In this document: piece by piece, positions 25,600-38,400 of the stretch
Layout of the letters: each line of letters starts with the position of its first letter
Position numbering within the stretch: the first letter of the stretch is position 1
Assembly (NCBI GenBank): GCA_048013815.1
Contig: CM106586.1
Location: forward strand, 12,338,001-12,402,000
Direction: 5' to 3'
Origin: Setoptus koraiensis
Taxonomy: Eukaryota > Animalia > Arthropoda
DNA length: 64,000 bases
Translations under genes and position numbers: made by a program
The notes under the pieces: generated by a model
Told to the model about the DNA's origin: nothing
What the model saw: only the letters and a program-made list of their open reading frames with translations
The model's database searches: none

Positions 25600-26313
25600 C
25601 TATCTTGCATACGGGTAGAATTTAGCAGTTTTCACCTGATTTTTGTCTGGCACACGGATTCCCTTTCGTTCGTCTATGTAACGACAGACCAACACGGCCG
25701 AATACAGCGGCGAAATAGCCGTATCACTGTTGACAACCAATGTGATGAACGAATTATAACCGATTATCGATTGATGAGCAGCTCGCAAAAGATTCCTTGT
25801 GGCTGCATCGAAATTGAATGGTTGCCTGAACGGCTCACACAAATTCTCGTTTTTGTCAGTAACAAATTTTTGGGCGTTTATCCTATCGGCCAACTTGTCT
25901 TTCAAAGAAAGTCCAACAGTGTAATAGTTCAACAGGTTAGAATTGAATCCGTTTTCCCAATCATCGCGATCAAGTTGCAAACCAGCAACCACGCGACGGA
26001 CCTCACCCATATCTACGGCTGCCGACCTGGGTACTCCTGTGGCCACTTGCAATACCTTCATCATTTGTCGGGGCCAGTGCATGCGTTCGCTTTGGCGCTG
26101 GGCCTCGGTAGCAAAACCTAGAGCTCCCTTAACTTTTCTTCTTAAATCAAATTCTCTCTCGTACCATTTGTCAACTTGTTGATTTATAAGTTGAAATTGC
26201 ATTGCGAAGTCATCTTTCGCCTCACTGACACGAGAAAACAGTTGTATCAAACTGGCTGAAATTGTCAGTACAGTTAACAGCTTTGTCGTTCCATAAATTT
26301 TCTGCATCTTCAC
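25600..26313 (-). CDS. Intronless secreted orphan protein (237 aa)
   Basis: Long non-repetitive ORF with a hydrophobic N-terminus (LLTVLTISASLIQLFSRVSEA-K) and two Cys in the C-terminal half. No family recognised. Confidence 0.7.
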   Translation of the reverse strand: MKMQKIYGTTKLLTVLTISASLIQLFSRVSEAKDDFAMQFQLINQQVDKWYEREFDLRRKVKGALGFATEAQRQSERMHWPRQMMKVLQVATGVPRSAAVDMGEVRRVVAGLQLDRDDWENGFNSNLLNYYTVGLSLKDKLADRINAQKFVTDKNENLCEPFRQPFNFDAATRNLLRAAHQSIIGYNSFITLVVNSDTAISPLYSAVLVCRYIDERKGIRVPDKNQVKTAKFYPYAR

Positions 26314-27154
26314 CTGCTTGCTCTTCTATCGAGTGTCGTGCTACCTATAAAATGGCCTGGGATCTTGGCAGAAAACGTTTGTCGGTAGAGAGTGGCGCAA
26401 AATCTGTAGATTTATTGAATAAATTAATATAATCAAGATCTTCAATTTTCATGCGAGGCGAGAAGAAGCATTCCATTCGAATGCAATGATAAAGACGAAT
26501 ATTGGGCGACTGGAGACGAAAAGTTTTTTTCAGCGGAATCCTCTACTGTACGTCTTTGAGAGAGTATTTTTAGCCAGGCTCAAAAAATATCTCTATCGTG
26601 TCAGAATGCTATCCGACGGCGAATACGAGCCAGAGTCTGAGCGATGTATGCCAAATGGATTGCGTTTCGAAGTCCAACTTCGCACAGGCCTCGAATGCAG
26701 TTGATTCAGAGTCTCGTCATAGAACTCTCGTTGATTTATTTATAACTATTCTATTTTTGATGGTAGCTCAACAGTCTGCAACAATCGGGTAATCATGTGG
26801 TAAATTTATGCAACTACAAGGTAGTTAGCAGCAGCGGTTAGCAGATCTACTGTTAGATCAGCTGTCGATCACCTCATCACTTTAGAAATTCTAATTTTAT
26901 TATGCATCGTTTGTTCAGCTCCAAGGATTTGCCAGGTATTGCGCCAAAGAGCTCACACGTCATGGCAGCCACATACATAGTTATGGTAATTAGTTATGTC
27001 GATTTCATTGAAGACAACGGAAATATGGACTTCCAAACTTGAAAAGTAAACATCAAAAATTATGCGAGAATCCATTTACCGTTGCAATCAAACGCGGAAT
27101 TCACTAGTCATTCAGTTTTTGGTTGTTCTAGCGAATAGCGCCACACCCAGATTC

Positions 27155-28243
27155 TTATGAGACTTCCGGTATAAGTTTATCTTGACTCCGATAAGATGAA
27201 ACACATGATTGCACCAATGTCCACTTCAATAACAGTCGAGAATTCTCATAAATGCTTTGATATCCAATAATATTCATCATTATGATACTTATCGTTTGTG
27301 AATAGTTCAACATCAGACCTACGGAAACACGATATCCCTTCTTCCAAATTGCTTCTATGATGGTATAGAAGCGTCTCACCATGAAAAATACTAAATGAAA
27401 ATAAAATATGTACCAGGGTATGCTGACCCGTCTTCTGATCAACAGCATCACATCACGAGTTTGCATAAGGGTGTCCAAAACGACTGTCATAGGTAGGACG
27501 TTTCTTCTGGCTATCAATAGAGCTATGCGATCTGACACTGCCAATGTTATCCTGTGTATGATATAATATATTGCGATTTGATTACAACAGAATATATGAC
27601 CCTCAAGTATATTCGATAAGGATTGTAAGAGAGATTTTCGTCCAGCAAGATAACCTAAATAAAACCTTGGAAACATTACAACAAACCATATATGAACGAA
27701 ATAGCCATGGTCTCTCATGAATTGTTTCACTTTCCTAGCAGAGTTTTTAAAGATACTTCGACTTTTTCTGCCCGCTGATTGTTCACTGCGGAGGAGAGCT
27801 AATATATCGTCTCCATCATTCTTGTTAAGGATTAAATCAAAGTGATGATAATTCAACACTCCTACCACAAATGTTGCGACACTGCACATGAGTATAGTAA
27901 TGTTCGGAACTATAAACATTGCGAAATATCGAATCATGTCGATTCCAAGTGATTTTCTGGATGAGAGGTAATACTGTTGTTCATTTCGCAACCAAACTTC
28001 TTTGGCGAACATGTTGCTATAAATGACATAACCGTTCAGGAGCAATCGTTGTACAATGTTGATTGCTAGCGAATTGGTTAATTTGAGTGAACCCGTCAGC
28101 CTGAACATCAATTCAATCCAATAAATACGATCTTTCAGTGTTCTTTGCTTTCTCTCATTTTTAACTTTTCTAGAATTGCCAATGCTAGAAATTCCTGGTT
28201 TTCTCTTCGGACATTCGCGATGTTGAGATTCTTTAGCTGCCAT
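27155..28243 (-). CDS. Multi-pass membrane protein, probable gustatory-receptor (7TM chemoreceptor) family; C-terminus may continue in small exons to 26806
   Basis: 362-aa ORF with a basic N-terminus and about 6 hydrophobic segments. Downstream on the minus strand are candidate exons after TTTTCAAG (~27050; LEVHISVVFNEIDITNYHNYVCGC) and LTVDLLTAAANYLVVA* (26862-26806), which resembles the GR TM7 'TYLVV' motif. Confidence 0.6.
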   Translation of the reverse strand: MAAKESQHRECPKRKPGISSIGNSRKVKNERKQRTLKDRIYWIELMFRLTGSLKLTNSLAINIVQRLLLNGYVIYSNMFAKEVWLRNEQQYYLSSRKSLGIDMIRYFAMFIVPNITILMCSVATFVVGVLNYHHFDLILNKNDGDDILALLRSEQSAGRKSRSIFKNSARKVKQFMRDHGYFVHIWFVVMFPRFYLGYLAGRKSLLQSLSNILEGHIFCCNQIAIYYIIHRITLAVSDRIALLIARRNVLPMTVVLDTLMQTRDVMLLIRRRVSIPWYIFYFHLVFFMVRRFYTIIEAIWKKGYRVSVGLMLNYSQTISIIMMNIIGYQSIYENSRLLLKWTLVQSCVSSYRSQDKLIPEVS

Positions 28244-28772
28244 TCTCTATCATCTATTTTTTTTTTAATTTGTGTTCTTTGATATAGTAGCTCAACATAA
28301 TAATGTCTTGCTAACTTGACAAACTCGATTTGGTGAGGTTTTTCCGAACAGTATATTCCTAAGATTCGAGATTATCGCAGTGAATCTACTTGTCTCCGAT
28401 ATTTTATGCACGTCAATTGCGTGCATAAAAATATAAATTGTATAGCTCCTGGCTCAATATTGAGTTTGCTCCATGTTTGGCCTGTCAAGAGTTGAGGCAA
28501 GCATTTGTGTGATGAGATCACTAATGGGCTATTTCTTGCTTAATTTCTTGCATTCCAACATTGCTTGTGAACTATTCTCGATACTGGAAACGCAGAGGAT
28601 GGAAATGAAAAATAAGTTCATTACGTGACAATCGACTCCTACACTACTCAGGTATATCTTGAACGACACTTTTTGGTAGACGGTTACGCTCAATCTCTCA
28701 CGGTTACTATATTTTAACGTTTCGTATCGATCTGGTTGGTCTCTAACTTTGTTTGTCTTCTTCCTTGGTTAG

Positions 28773-28982
28773 TATTATAATCAAAACTCACACCATGTCA
28801 TATCTAATAGCGTTGTCAGTAAAATAGAAGCTATGAGTTTTGCCTTAGCCTACATCCGAGTTCTAGAGAAACTAATAAAAGAAAGAGTGCAAGACCCAGA
28901 AGCATTTATTAGCACTTCGCCTAATCTTTTCACAAACATCTTCGACGAGGATAACGTCGAATGGTGGGACAACCTTGAATGA
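28773..28982 (+). CDS. Terminal exon or small ORF (49 aa from ATG 28833; 69 aa from the acceptor), unknown
   Basis: Branch point CTAAC, pyrimidine tract and TTAG precede 28773. The open frame ends MSFALAYIRVLEKLIKERVQDPEAFISTSPNLFTNIFDEDNVEWWDNLE*. A donor CAG|GTATAT lies at 28651/28652. Confidence 0.4.
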   Translation, partial: YYNQNSHHVISNSVVSKIEAMSFALAYIRVLEKLIKERVQDPEAFISTSPNLFTNIFDEDNVEWWDNLE

Positions 28983-30074
28983 TTCACAGGTATATTTTGT
29001 GCGATGTTTTTTGGTAGATGATTGCGCTCCATTGAAGAATAGTCTTCGCAGAACTATTCCATTGAGCGTGAATGTTCTGGTGCCATGTCATAGAGCCTGG
29101 TATGCCATTAGACATATTGGTGGATATACCCGCTTAGAATCGCTTTGAATGGGATCCGGACGTCAGATATTTCGGTTACTATATATCGCTTGCTCAGATC
29201 ATTTAGGGTCAATTTTTCGAAATGTCAAACTGAATTGAATTGATGGTGCGACGCTCTCAATCGGCGTCTGGATAGGAGCGCAATATCGATGAATTCATAC
29301 CATAAATTTGGGGGTTTCTATAATAGAATATGCAGAAAATCGGTCTCGAAAATCGATTTAAACCTATGGGATCCAAATGACGAATGTTCGCTTCGGACTC
29401 GAGTTTATTACCCTACAGATGCCCATAGGCTTTACTCCGGGGATTTTGAATGCTATAATCGTTGTCTTACAGATGAGATGACACAGACCCGTCTTGTCAG
29501 CAGTCGGCCCTTTTAGTCAACTATGCTAGTGTATTATGAGACCCCTTGAAATTCCAGCAAAAATAAGTCAATCGCTCAGATCAGGAGTGGCGCGCAATGG
29601 CACCCAAATAATTAGATCCCGGCCATAGAGACGGGTGCACAACTAATGTTGACAATGCCATAATGGGTAGACTGTCTCACTGGTGAGGTAGATCTCTTCG
29701 GCAAAACTCTGATTCCAACATGACTCAAGCCTTTTTCAGTTCTCCTGTTTCGGGAGTCAACGAAAAGTTGTTGTTTCCCGAAAAAAAGCCTGATTTTTGA
29801 GATTTCTGACCTCGAAAATGACAGCATCATCCGCCTTTTCCGCTGTCTCCGGGCAAAGCGAGCACTGAATAGAAAAATGAAAATTCTTGTGACAGTACTG
29901 TCGGAATTGGCGTCATAGAGAAATGGGTTCCTCTGTTTAACAGAATCTGTTATTCACAATTGTGAGACAAATGGCCATTTATTATTATTATTGTTACACT
30001 GTAGTGCTGCTATAATTAGTCGTGTGGTTGCGCAATCTTTGATTGAGTCGGTCGATGCGAGCCGAACTGAAGTG

Positions 30075-33000
30075 TCAGACGATGCGCAAGAATCCGCCCT
30101 TATTGTACCAATCCATACTGGCCTGCATTGTTGCGACCTCGTGCTCGCTGGTTGTGGCGCGATTATGATTGTCGTGATGCTGATGCAACGGATTGAGTAT
30201 ATTGCTGTTGCTCTGTTGATGCGATTGGTTCATGGGGCCCAAATGATGTTCCATGTGATGATGCTGATTGTGCAAATTGTGCGATTGGTGATGGTGCTGC
30301 GACGCAGACTGGTGGTGCAAATGATGATGATGAGGATGATGTGAATTCAGGTGATGATGATAAGCCAAATGGTGATTGGTTTGTTGGTTGCCGGCTGGCG
30401 CCGATGCGTCGGTGTGGGTCGCTCGCGCCAACAGAGACGATTGCTGTTGTTGCTGTTCCGTATAATTGAGATGTTGTTGTTGTTGTTGTTGTTGTTGCTG
30501 TTGTTCCTCTAGGCCGAGCTGAAAATTGGCCGCTTGCTGCTGATAGGCGTTCGACGAGGTCGCGTTCGACGCGTTCGAAGACGAGTGCTGCGCGTACTGA
30601 GTGACCAGCGCCGAGTGGATCTGCTGCTGACCACTCAGCGATCCGTTGTCGGCCTGTTGTGGCGGCTGCTGCTGGCTCAGGTGATGCTGTTGCTGGTGAC
30701 TGTTGTGGCTCAGGTGATGTTGCGGCTGCTGATTAATGCCCAGAATGCCCGCGCTCAACCCGTTGCTCGCGCTCGACGAGCGGTAATGCACCGCGGGCTT
30801 GCCGGCCTGGTGATGATGGTGCGTGTTGAAGGCGCGCGCCGCTACCGCGGCCGCGGCGGCCGCCGCCGCCACCGTTGCGCTGACCGCCGACGACACCGCG
30901 CTTGCATTTTGTCCGGCGCCGCCCGAACAGTGGCTCAGCGGAGACGCGCCCAGCGAGTTGCCCGAGTGGCTCACCACTAGTCTGTGCGGCGACAGCGACG
31001 ACGGCGACGGAGTGGTCAGTCCGTCGCCGCTGCTGCTTGCGTAATCCGCCGCTGCAGCGTTGGTTGCACAATCGTTGCCGGTCCGACGCTGCGAAGAGCC
31101 GCCGGTCAGCTGATTTCTGTTGTGGTGCAAATCACTTGTTGTTGCTGCTTGCTGGCCGCATTGATCGCCGGCGTCGCCCGGCTGCCCGTTGGCAGCGGAA
31201 TCCGCGCCGGCCTTGTCCGAATTGGCGACGCCGAATTGCGAGTAAAGGTTGTGCGTCATGGCCATGGGCTGATAATACGCTTGCTGCTGGCTGAACTGCT
31301 GCTGCTGCTGTTGCTGATGATAAGCGTCTTGCTGGTGATTGAACAGCGCCGAGTCCGTCGGGCAAAACGCGGCCGGGCCGGTCGAGTTGCCGTTGCCCGA
31401 CAGTTGGTACTGCTGCTGCTGAACATTGTGGTGGTGCGCGCTGACGCCGTAACTGGCCGACAGGTGCTGCTGGTCCGAGTCGTCCGAGCCGGACGATTGA
31501 ACGGCCTTGTGATTGTGATGGCGATACCCGCCGACGCTGTTGTTGTTGTTGTTGTTGTCCGTGCTAGAGCAAAGCTGACCGCTGTCCGAGTTGCTGTTGC
31601 GACTGGCCAACAACCTTATGTCGTCCGATTGTCCAGTTAGCGAGTTATAAAGCTGCTGTTGCTGATTGTGATGGTTCGATGGCGCGAAACAGGCCTCATT
31701 TGTGTTTCTGTCCACGGGGTTGTTGTTGTTGTTGTTGTTGTCGCCGCTTGTTGTTGCCGAACTTGTGGTTGTTGTTGTCGTGCTCGGTGTTGCGCAATAA
31801 TTGTTGCTGCCGGCACCCATCGATTGAGCCGAAGCTGCCGAGCTTCTGCTCGACAGGCACGCGCCAGCCGTACCTGTCAAAGTGGCGCTCATTGGCTGAT
31901 TGTGATTTGTTGTTGATTGCATCATTTGTTGATGATTTGTCGCGCCACTATAAGCACCGGCTGGGCCGTGGCTAGACGCCGTCAAACCGGCCAGCTTGTT
32001 ACTGTTGTTGCCAATATTGCCCAATTGCTTAGTATTGTTTGCGGACGCGCCGGGGTGCGCACTCACGGCCGCATGATGATGATACATGCTCCAAATTAGC
32101 GACGACGAGGCGCACGCACCCAGCAAGGGGGGCGACGCCAGCGCCTTGTGAAGTTGTTTCTCCTGTTTCCGGTATTTGGCGCGCCTGTTCTGGAACCACA
32201 CCTATAATGTGTTTTTGTCATTTGCATATTATTATCATTTGCATATTAGTACATCATCACAACAGCGACTCAAATTTTCATGTCATTGTCATGGTCATTA
32301 TCATTGACAATCGTCGCCGGTTGTCCGATCGGCGTGACAGCGATGGCCGGAGCAAGCGAAAATCGATCGCTAGGTGCGCAATTTGTGGTTGGTTGCCGCA
32401 CAAACAAAAGTCAGTCGCTCACGGACAACGCACAAACGCCGGGCGCCCCGACAAGGGAGCAGGACTTTTGGCGCTCATCTCGCGTCACCGGATGCCGATC
32501 ACTGTTTGCATGCAGTCGCTATACTCACCTGTATCCGTGCCTCGTTCAACTTGGTCAGTCGAGCCAGCTCCTCGCGGCAATAAATGTCGGGATAGTGGCT
32601 CTTGGCGAAGGCCGTCTCCAGTTCTTGCAGTTGCTCCTGAGTGAACGTCGTTCTGTGGCGTCGGCGGGCCGTCGTCGGTGCATGATTAGTTTTGATTATA
32701 GACGACGTGTTGTTGTTGCCGTTGTTGTTGCCGTTGTTGTTGTTGCCGTTGTTGTTGTTGTGGTGCGCTGAAACAACACTATTGCTGTTTGTTGTGAGAA
32801 AGTTGTCTGAAATTGCATTCAATTGCTGCTTGCCATGGAAAACGAGCGGGGGTGGAGCGGGGCGATTGGCTTGAGCTACGTTGTTGTTGTTGTTGTCGCC
32901 GTTGTTGCTGTTGTTGCCGTTGTTGTTGTTGTTGCCATTGTTGCTGTTGTTGCTGTTGTTGCCGCTGTTGTTGCTGTTGACGCTGGGCAGACCCACGTGA

Positions 33001-34178
33001 GCCCTGCCGTTCGAGCCGTGCAGTTGATGCTGCTGCTGCTGCGAGTGATGATGGGCCACCACGTCCTGATAATGGCTTGCGCTGCCATATAATCCGTTCA
33101 GCGCGGCCTTGCTGGCCGCTGAACTGGCCAACGACGAGCTTGGCAACTTTTGTTTGCCACTTGTCGTGCCGCTGCCGCCGCTCTGCTGTCTTCTGACGCC
33201 GCTGTGGCCAGCCAGCGAGCCTTGTCTCGAGTTGGGGCCCTTCGTTTGAGACGTGGCAGTGCCAGCTTCCGGTTGCGGTGCACCAGCTGCTGTGCTGCTG
33301 GCTGGCAACGATGGTGTTTTGGCTTGATGACCGGCGATTTGAGCCACCATTGAGGATGGCGAAGATGACGAAGACGATGACGACGACGACGAGGATGACG
33401 ACGTTGACGACGACGACGATTTGGCGGTTGAATGTTGCATGAAGCTGTGATTACTTTTATAAGCTTTGTGATGCAACGACGAGCTTGCGGCGCTTGTCGA
33501 CGATGACGAACTCGATGACGATGTGGACGACGACGAGCAACGAGATAGGCGAGATTCCTTTGTTTGCTGACCAGTGGCGACTGTTGTTGCCGTTGTTGTT
33601 GCTGTTGTTGCTGCTGTTGTTGTTGCTGTTGTTGTTGCTGTTGTTGTTGCTGTTGTTGTTGCTGTTGTTGTTGCTGTTGTTATTGTTGTTATAGGCGGCC
33701 CGTTACTATTGCTGAATGGAGCATCAGTGATGCAGTTGGCGGTTATCGCGCCATTAGTCGTGTTACTATTATAGGTCTTGGTGTTTGTTTGCTGTGCTGC
33801 CGCTGTTGTTGCTGTTGTTACTGTTGTCGTTGCTGTTGCGTCACTTGCGCCACTTGTGTCCGACGATCGACTCTCTGGTCTGTCGGCGACCACGATTTGT
33901 CCACGCTGCAATTGCAGTTTATCGCTGCCAGCAGTTGTTGTGTCAATTTGTGTTGTATTATTCGCTGATTTGTGTGATTGGTGTGAAATATCCGTCGACT
34001 TTTGAGCCTCCTCTTGCTGCTGCTGTCTGCTGGTCAGCTGACAAGTTGACTGATTGTTATCGGCTCGTGGTTGGTCGCACCCGGTAGCAGTGGCCAGTTT
34101 AGTGCTGGCGTCAGCTGATTGGGCTTCGATGACACTATGACAGTTGCTGGGTGATTCACTAGGCACGCCAGCAATCAT
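30075..34178 (-). CDS. PROP1: PRD-class Q50 homeodomain protein, Prop1/unc-42 family, ~1258 aa; join(34178..32529,32201..30075)
   Basis: Homeodomain [46 protein letters not shown]|[15 protein letters not shown] matches remembered unc-42/CG32532-type sequences. A 327-bp GTGAGT...TATAG intron sits at the conserved Q46/V47 position. An in-frame stop lies upstream of ATG 34178. Confidence 0.88.
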
Positions 34179-34318
34179 TATCGAGCCACCGATTACGTCA
34201 GTCAGCGACGGTTTGTTAGTTGCCGACAGTCAATCGCGTATGCCAAACAATTAATGTGAGTGAGATCGGGTGAAATTGGTTGTCCGCTTGCTGGCCTGTG
34301 CGAGCCTGTGTGGATCAG

Positions 34319-36146
34319 CTGAACAGCGAGAATTACCATTAGTTGTCATTGGTCAGTATTGGTCAAGTGAGTGATGAGTTTCTACAGGCGACAATGGCAG
34401 CAGTTGTGACAGCAACCGTTCGCTTGTCACTGTGTCTAGACATGGCGTGATTAGGCCCATTTCTGGCTTTGTCAGAGCCCGCGACTCGTGCTCACCTGTC
34501 GTGTGACACACGACAGGTGAGACGGCACGACGGGTGAGACGACTTGACAGGTGAGACGACACGACGGGTGTGAGTTGCCAATTAGGGGATCGATGCGGGA
34601 TCAGTTTAAAAGTGTCCACAGTCAATGTGCGGGCCGCAATTGTTAGCTGGCGCTCAAATTGTCTCGTTGTTGTTGTTATTGTTGCGGCGCAACTATAACC
34701 AGTGTGTCAGCCAGACATAACGTGGCCGGCACAGCGGGCACAGGCTAATCGAATGAGGCCCGCGCCCCTTCGGAGGCCGGCGATTGACGAGCGGCAATAA
34801 TGACGCAATGATGATATTTTGTGTGTGTGTGTGTGTTTTATAGGTGAGGCGCGCAAATTAGTGCCGATACAAACACACGCACACTGACAAGCCGCATGAC
34901 ACGAATATGCAGCGCTGCAGCCAGCTGACTCCGGCCGCCTGCTACAATGTTACATTCTGTCCTATATCAAGCCGCTTTGAGGCCCCTGCAACGGTCGCCT
35001 GGCGCTTGTATATCGGTTGCGTAACGGCGCTACAACGGTTGCGAAACGGCCGTATACGGCGCTATTGTTGCGCCGCTTGTTACGTAACTGGGCGCCGCGT
35101 TGCAAATTAATCGAATTTACAACTGGTCTCGCCATTATTGCCATCATGGCGGCCATGGTTGGCGCGTGTATATAGTGCGCGTATGTGGCGCCAGTGTATA
35201 CATGTTTATATATACACGTTGTGCGATATGTTGTGGCGATAATAACCGCGCCAATAACAAGCGCCAACAAATTGCCCGCGCCCCCGTCATGTATCTGCCA
35301 CGTATACCTCGGCCGCTCGGTCGCCGGGTAACCGCTATAATACCGCCGAGTTGCCGTTATGTACCCGTTATGTTACCGTTATGTTACCGTTATGATAGCG
35401 CCATGTTATCGTTATGTTGCACTTGCCCCGCACTATATACATACATTCTATATACATATTACGTAAACAGTATATATATGTGTGCCGTGTATACACTGTT
35501 TAGGTACGCGGCTCGACGTGTGCGCGTGCCGCGCACCGCGTTACACGTGCCGGGCATGACTAAACTAAATCAACTGGCAATTATCCCGCGGCGGCGACGG
35601 CACATCGCACATTATCATTGTAGCGTGCGCGTCACTGGCTAGCTCGCTGGACGGCTCTCACAACTGGCTCAAAGCTCTCGCAACTGGCGCATAGTTCTCG
35701 CAACTGGCACATAGCTCTCACAACTGGCACATAGCTGTCACAGGGCGGCCAAGGGCGGCACAGACTGTGCCGGCGCGCCATATGCAACGTGCGACGTGAC
35801 GGCCCGTGGTTGATATAGGCGCAGTTGTGGCGCGCGTATATCAACCTGCGCTGTATTATCAGTACAGTATTGACAGTGCAGTATTATGCAACTTGTATAT
35901 CGCACTGCCCACAATGATACATGTAACACGATCGCCGGTATGGCACGAGTCGACACCTCGAGACGGCTCGTATCGATTGGCACGAGATTGGCACGCGATT
36001 CGCACGGGATACCCGCGACATTGCGCAACATCCGGCGTGCGATTCGGCAATTTTGCAATTTTTGGAAAAATCGCGACATTCGGGCTGCCTGCGATATTCG
36101 GGCTGTCGAAGACGACGAGACCCCCTCAAATGTTATGTGTACTCAC
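34319..36146 (-). other. Candidate 5'-UTR introns of the Prop1-like gene
   Basis: Minus-strand acceptor CTAAT...TCTCGCTGTTCAG ends at 34319; CAG|GTGAG donors lie at 34495 and 36146. Confidence 0.45.
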
Positions 36147-37417
36147 CTGTCGAGCAGCGTCAATTGGAGTGAGCTGTTGCGAATCCTTTGTGCTTCACGA
36201 GTGGCGCAAGTCGAGGCAAGCGAAGCGTCGCGTCGGTGCTGTCCGGCAGTGGCCCGAATCACGCCAGTGTTTGTCGTAATCAGCACAGGTAGTTGATTGT
36301 TGCGTGGGCGTGCAGCTATCGAGGCGACACCACCGTTTATGTTTTGTGTTATGGTCGCTGTTTTATGTTGGGGCGTTTTGGCGGGCCGGCGTTTCAACTT
36401 GCGTAGCGCCCACAACCGATGCTGGCGAGACGCCAGCAATCCAATTGCAAAGTTGATCTAATTTGGGCCTGTTTGCGGTGCTCGCCGTTGCCGCTGTTAA
36501 TTTGAGCGTATTCACGAGCGTAGTCACAACAAAAGTTAATTAGTCGCCCCCAATGATGAGTGTGTGTGAAACTGAACAGTGGCAGTGAGTTAAAAAGTGA
36601 CGACCGTGCTGTCCTATAATAAGCTAAGCAAGTTGTGCGTGCGCGTGATTACTATAATTAGGTTTTGTTATTAATTGTGTGATTAGTTAGTTAGCTGGTT
36701 GTTTGGTGCGTGCGCGTGCCTTCATGTAACTGTGTGTTGTTATGTAACTGCTTGCGTAACTGCCGCTGCCGCTGACGCAATGTTGGCTTATGGGTAACTG
36801 CTTATGGGTAACTGCTTATGGGTAACTGCTGCAATAATCGCGTTGCATATTAATAAAACCAAATTGAACTATACACAGGATGACTTATGGATAAGTGTGC
36901 GCGTGCTAACATGATTGAATCACATTCATCATTGGCACACTGGCCGAGTGGGGCGCGCTCACGGCTTGCAAACTGATGAATTTGATTAAATTGATCAATT
37001 ACACACACGCGCCTTGCTGCTGTTGCTGTTGTTGTTGTTGTTGTTGTTGTTGTTATATTAATTTATAATAGATTGAATTCAATCATGAGAATGATAAAAA
37101 GATTAACTCAATAAATTTACTTTGCTGCTCTCCTCTGGCGGCTGCGGGCTAACGGGGGCGCCCACTACTGGCTGGTGGCGAGTGACTGCGCCAGCACCGA
37201 CGACACTTTTATCATGGTCATGTAATCACTTTGCACTATTTTGATGATAACTCTATGTCTGTTGTTGGCGGGCGAAAAACAGATCAGATGCGCACACTCA
37301 CTGCCGGCCGACGGCGCAACATACACAACGGGCCATTATGTAACATAATAATAGACTGCACTGCATGGAATAGAATAGAGAGTGATTATGTACTTGGCGG
37401 CGGCTACAAATAAACGG

Positions 37418-37461
<44 letters not shown>

Positions 37462-37979
37462 TCGCTCTCTCGCTGCGTGCGAGCTCGTGTGGGCCAAAAT
37501 TTGATTTTAATGAAAAGATTCTTTTTATGAGTTTATCGCTTCTTTGGGACGCTTCATTTGTTGTTGTTTGCTGCTCGCCAGCGCCGCTATTACTATGCGA
37601 TACTATGCCAATAGAGCGCCAATAACGTGACCAATATAGGCGCTGGCTTCGTCGTCGTCGGCCAGCAAGCCAACAAGCTGACAGGCCGACAGGCCGACAA
37701 CAAGCCAGCGTGTGAGCGCATGCGTCGCCACCAGCTCCGGCCAGCCAGTGGGTGCAATATTGGTGCTGGCGTGCTATATGGCTGCTGGCAAAGCGCCCCC
37801 GAACGTCTGCATACGCGTACACAATCGATGTGCATAACTGCGTGTATCCCGCTCACTATATGAATGTCACAAAATTAATTTTGATCAATTTTGTCCTATA
37901 ATGCAACGGCGAGCCAGCCGCTGCTGCTGCCGCTCAGGTGACGAGTGCCAGTTGACCGACACAACGACACAGCGATGCA

Positions 37980-38068
37980 ATGACACAATGACGCTATGAC
38001 GCAACGACGTTATGACGCAACGACGCTATGACGCCATGACGCTATGACGCAATGACGCAATGACGCAA
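37980..38068. repeat. 8-bp period array (ATGACGCA/ATGACGCT), ~11 units
   Basis: Direct reading; most units contain TGACG. Confidence 0.8.
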
Positions 38069-38400
38069 CAATGGACACTCTTTTGGACAATTGGCCACCA
38101 AAAGCCACACCAACGGCGACACCAACGACACGACAACAATTGTCACATTTGCCATCATAGTGCGATCAGTTGACATTTATGCACAGCTGACACATTTCGT
38201 GGCATCAATGGCGTCATATTGGCATATATCAGTGATATACTAGTGTCACTGTTACTCAGTAGTGTCAGACTAAGACGAACAGTCCACCAAAGCAACCGTG
38301 GCTGTTCGAGCAACGATGGCCGCCGCCATCTGATCACGAGGTGGCACTGCGATGTGAATAAAAGCGCGATATGACCACGCAAATAAATGTGCGTGTCGAC

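Noticed and set aside
30534-33968. Plus-strand ORFs of 100-218 aa overlapping the homeobox gene
   Set aside because: Antisense shadows of the Prop1-like CDS.
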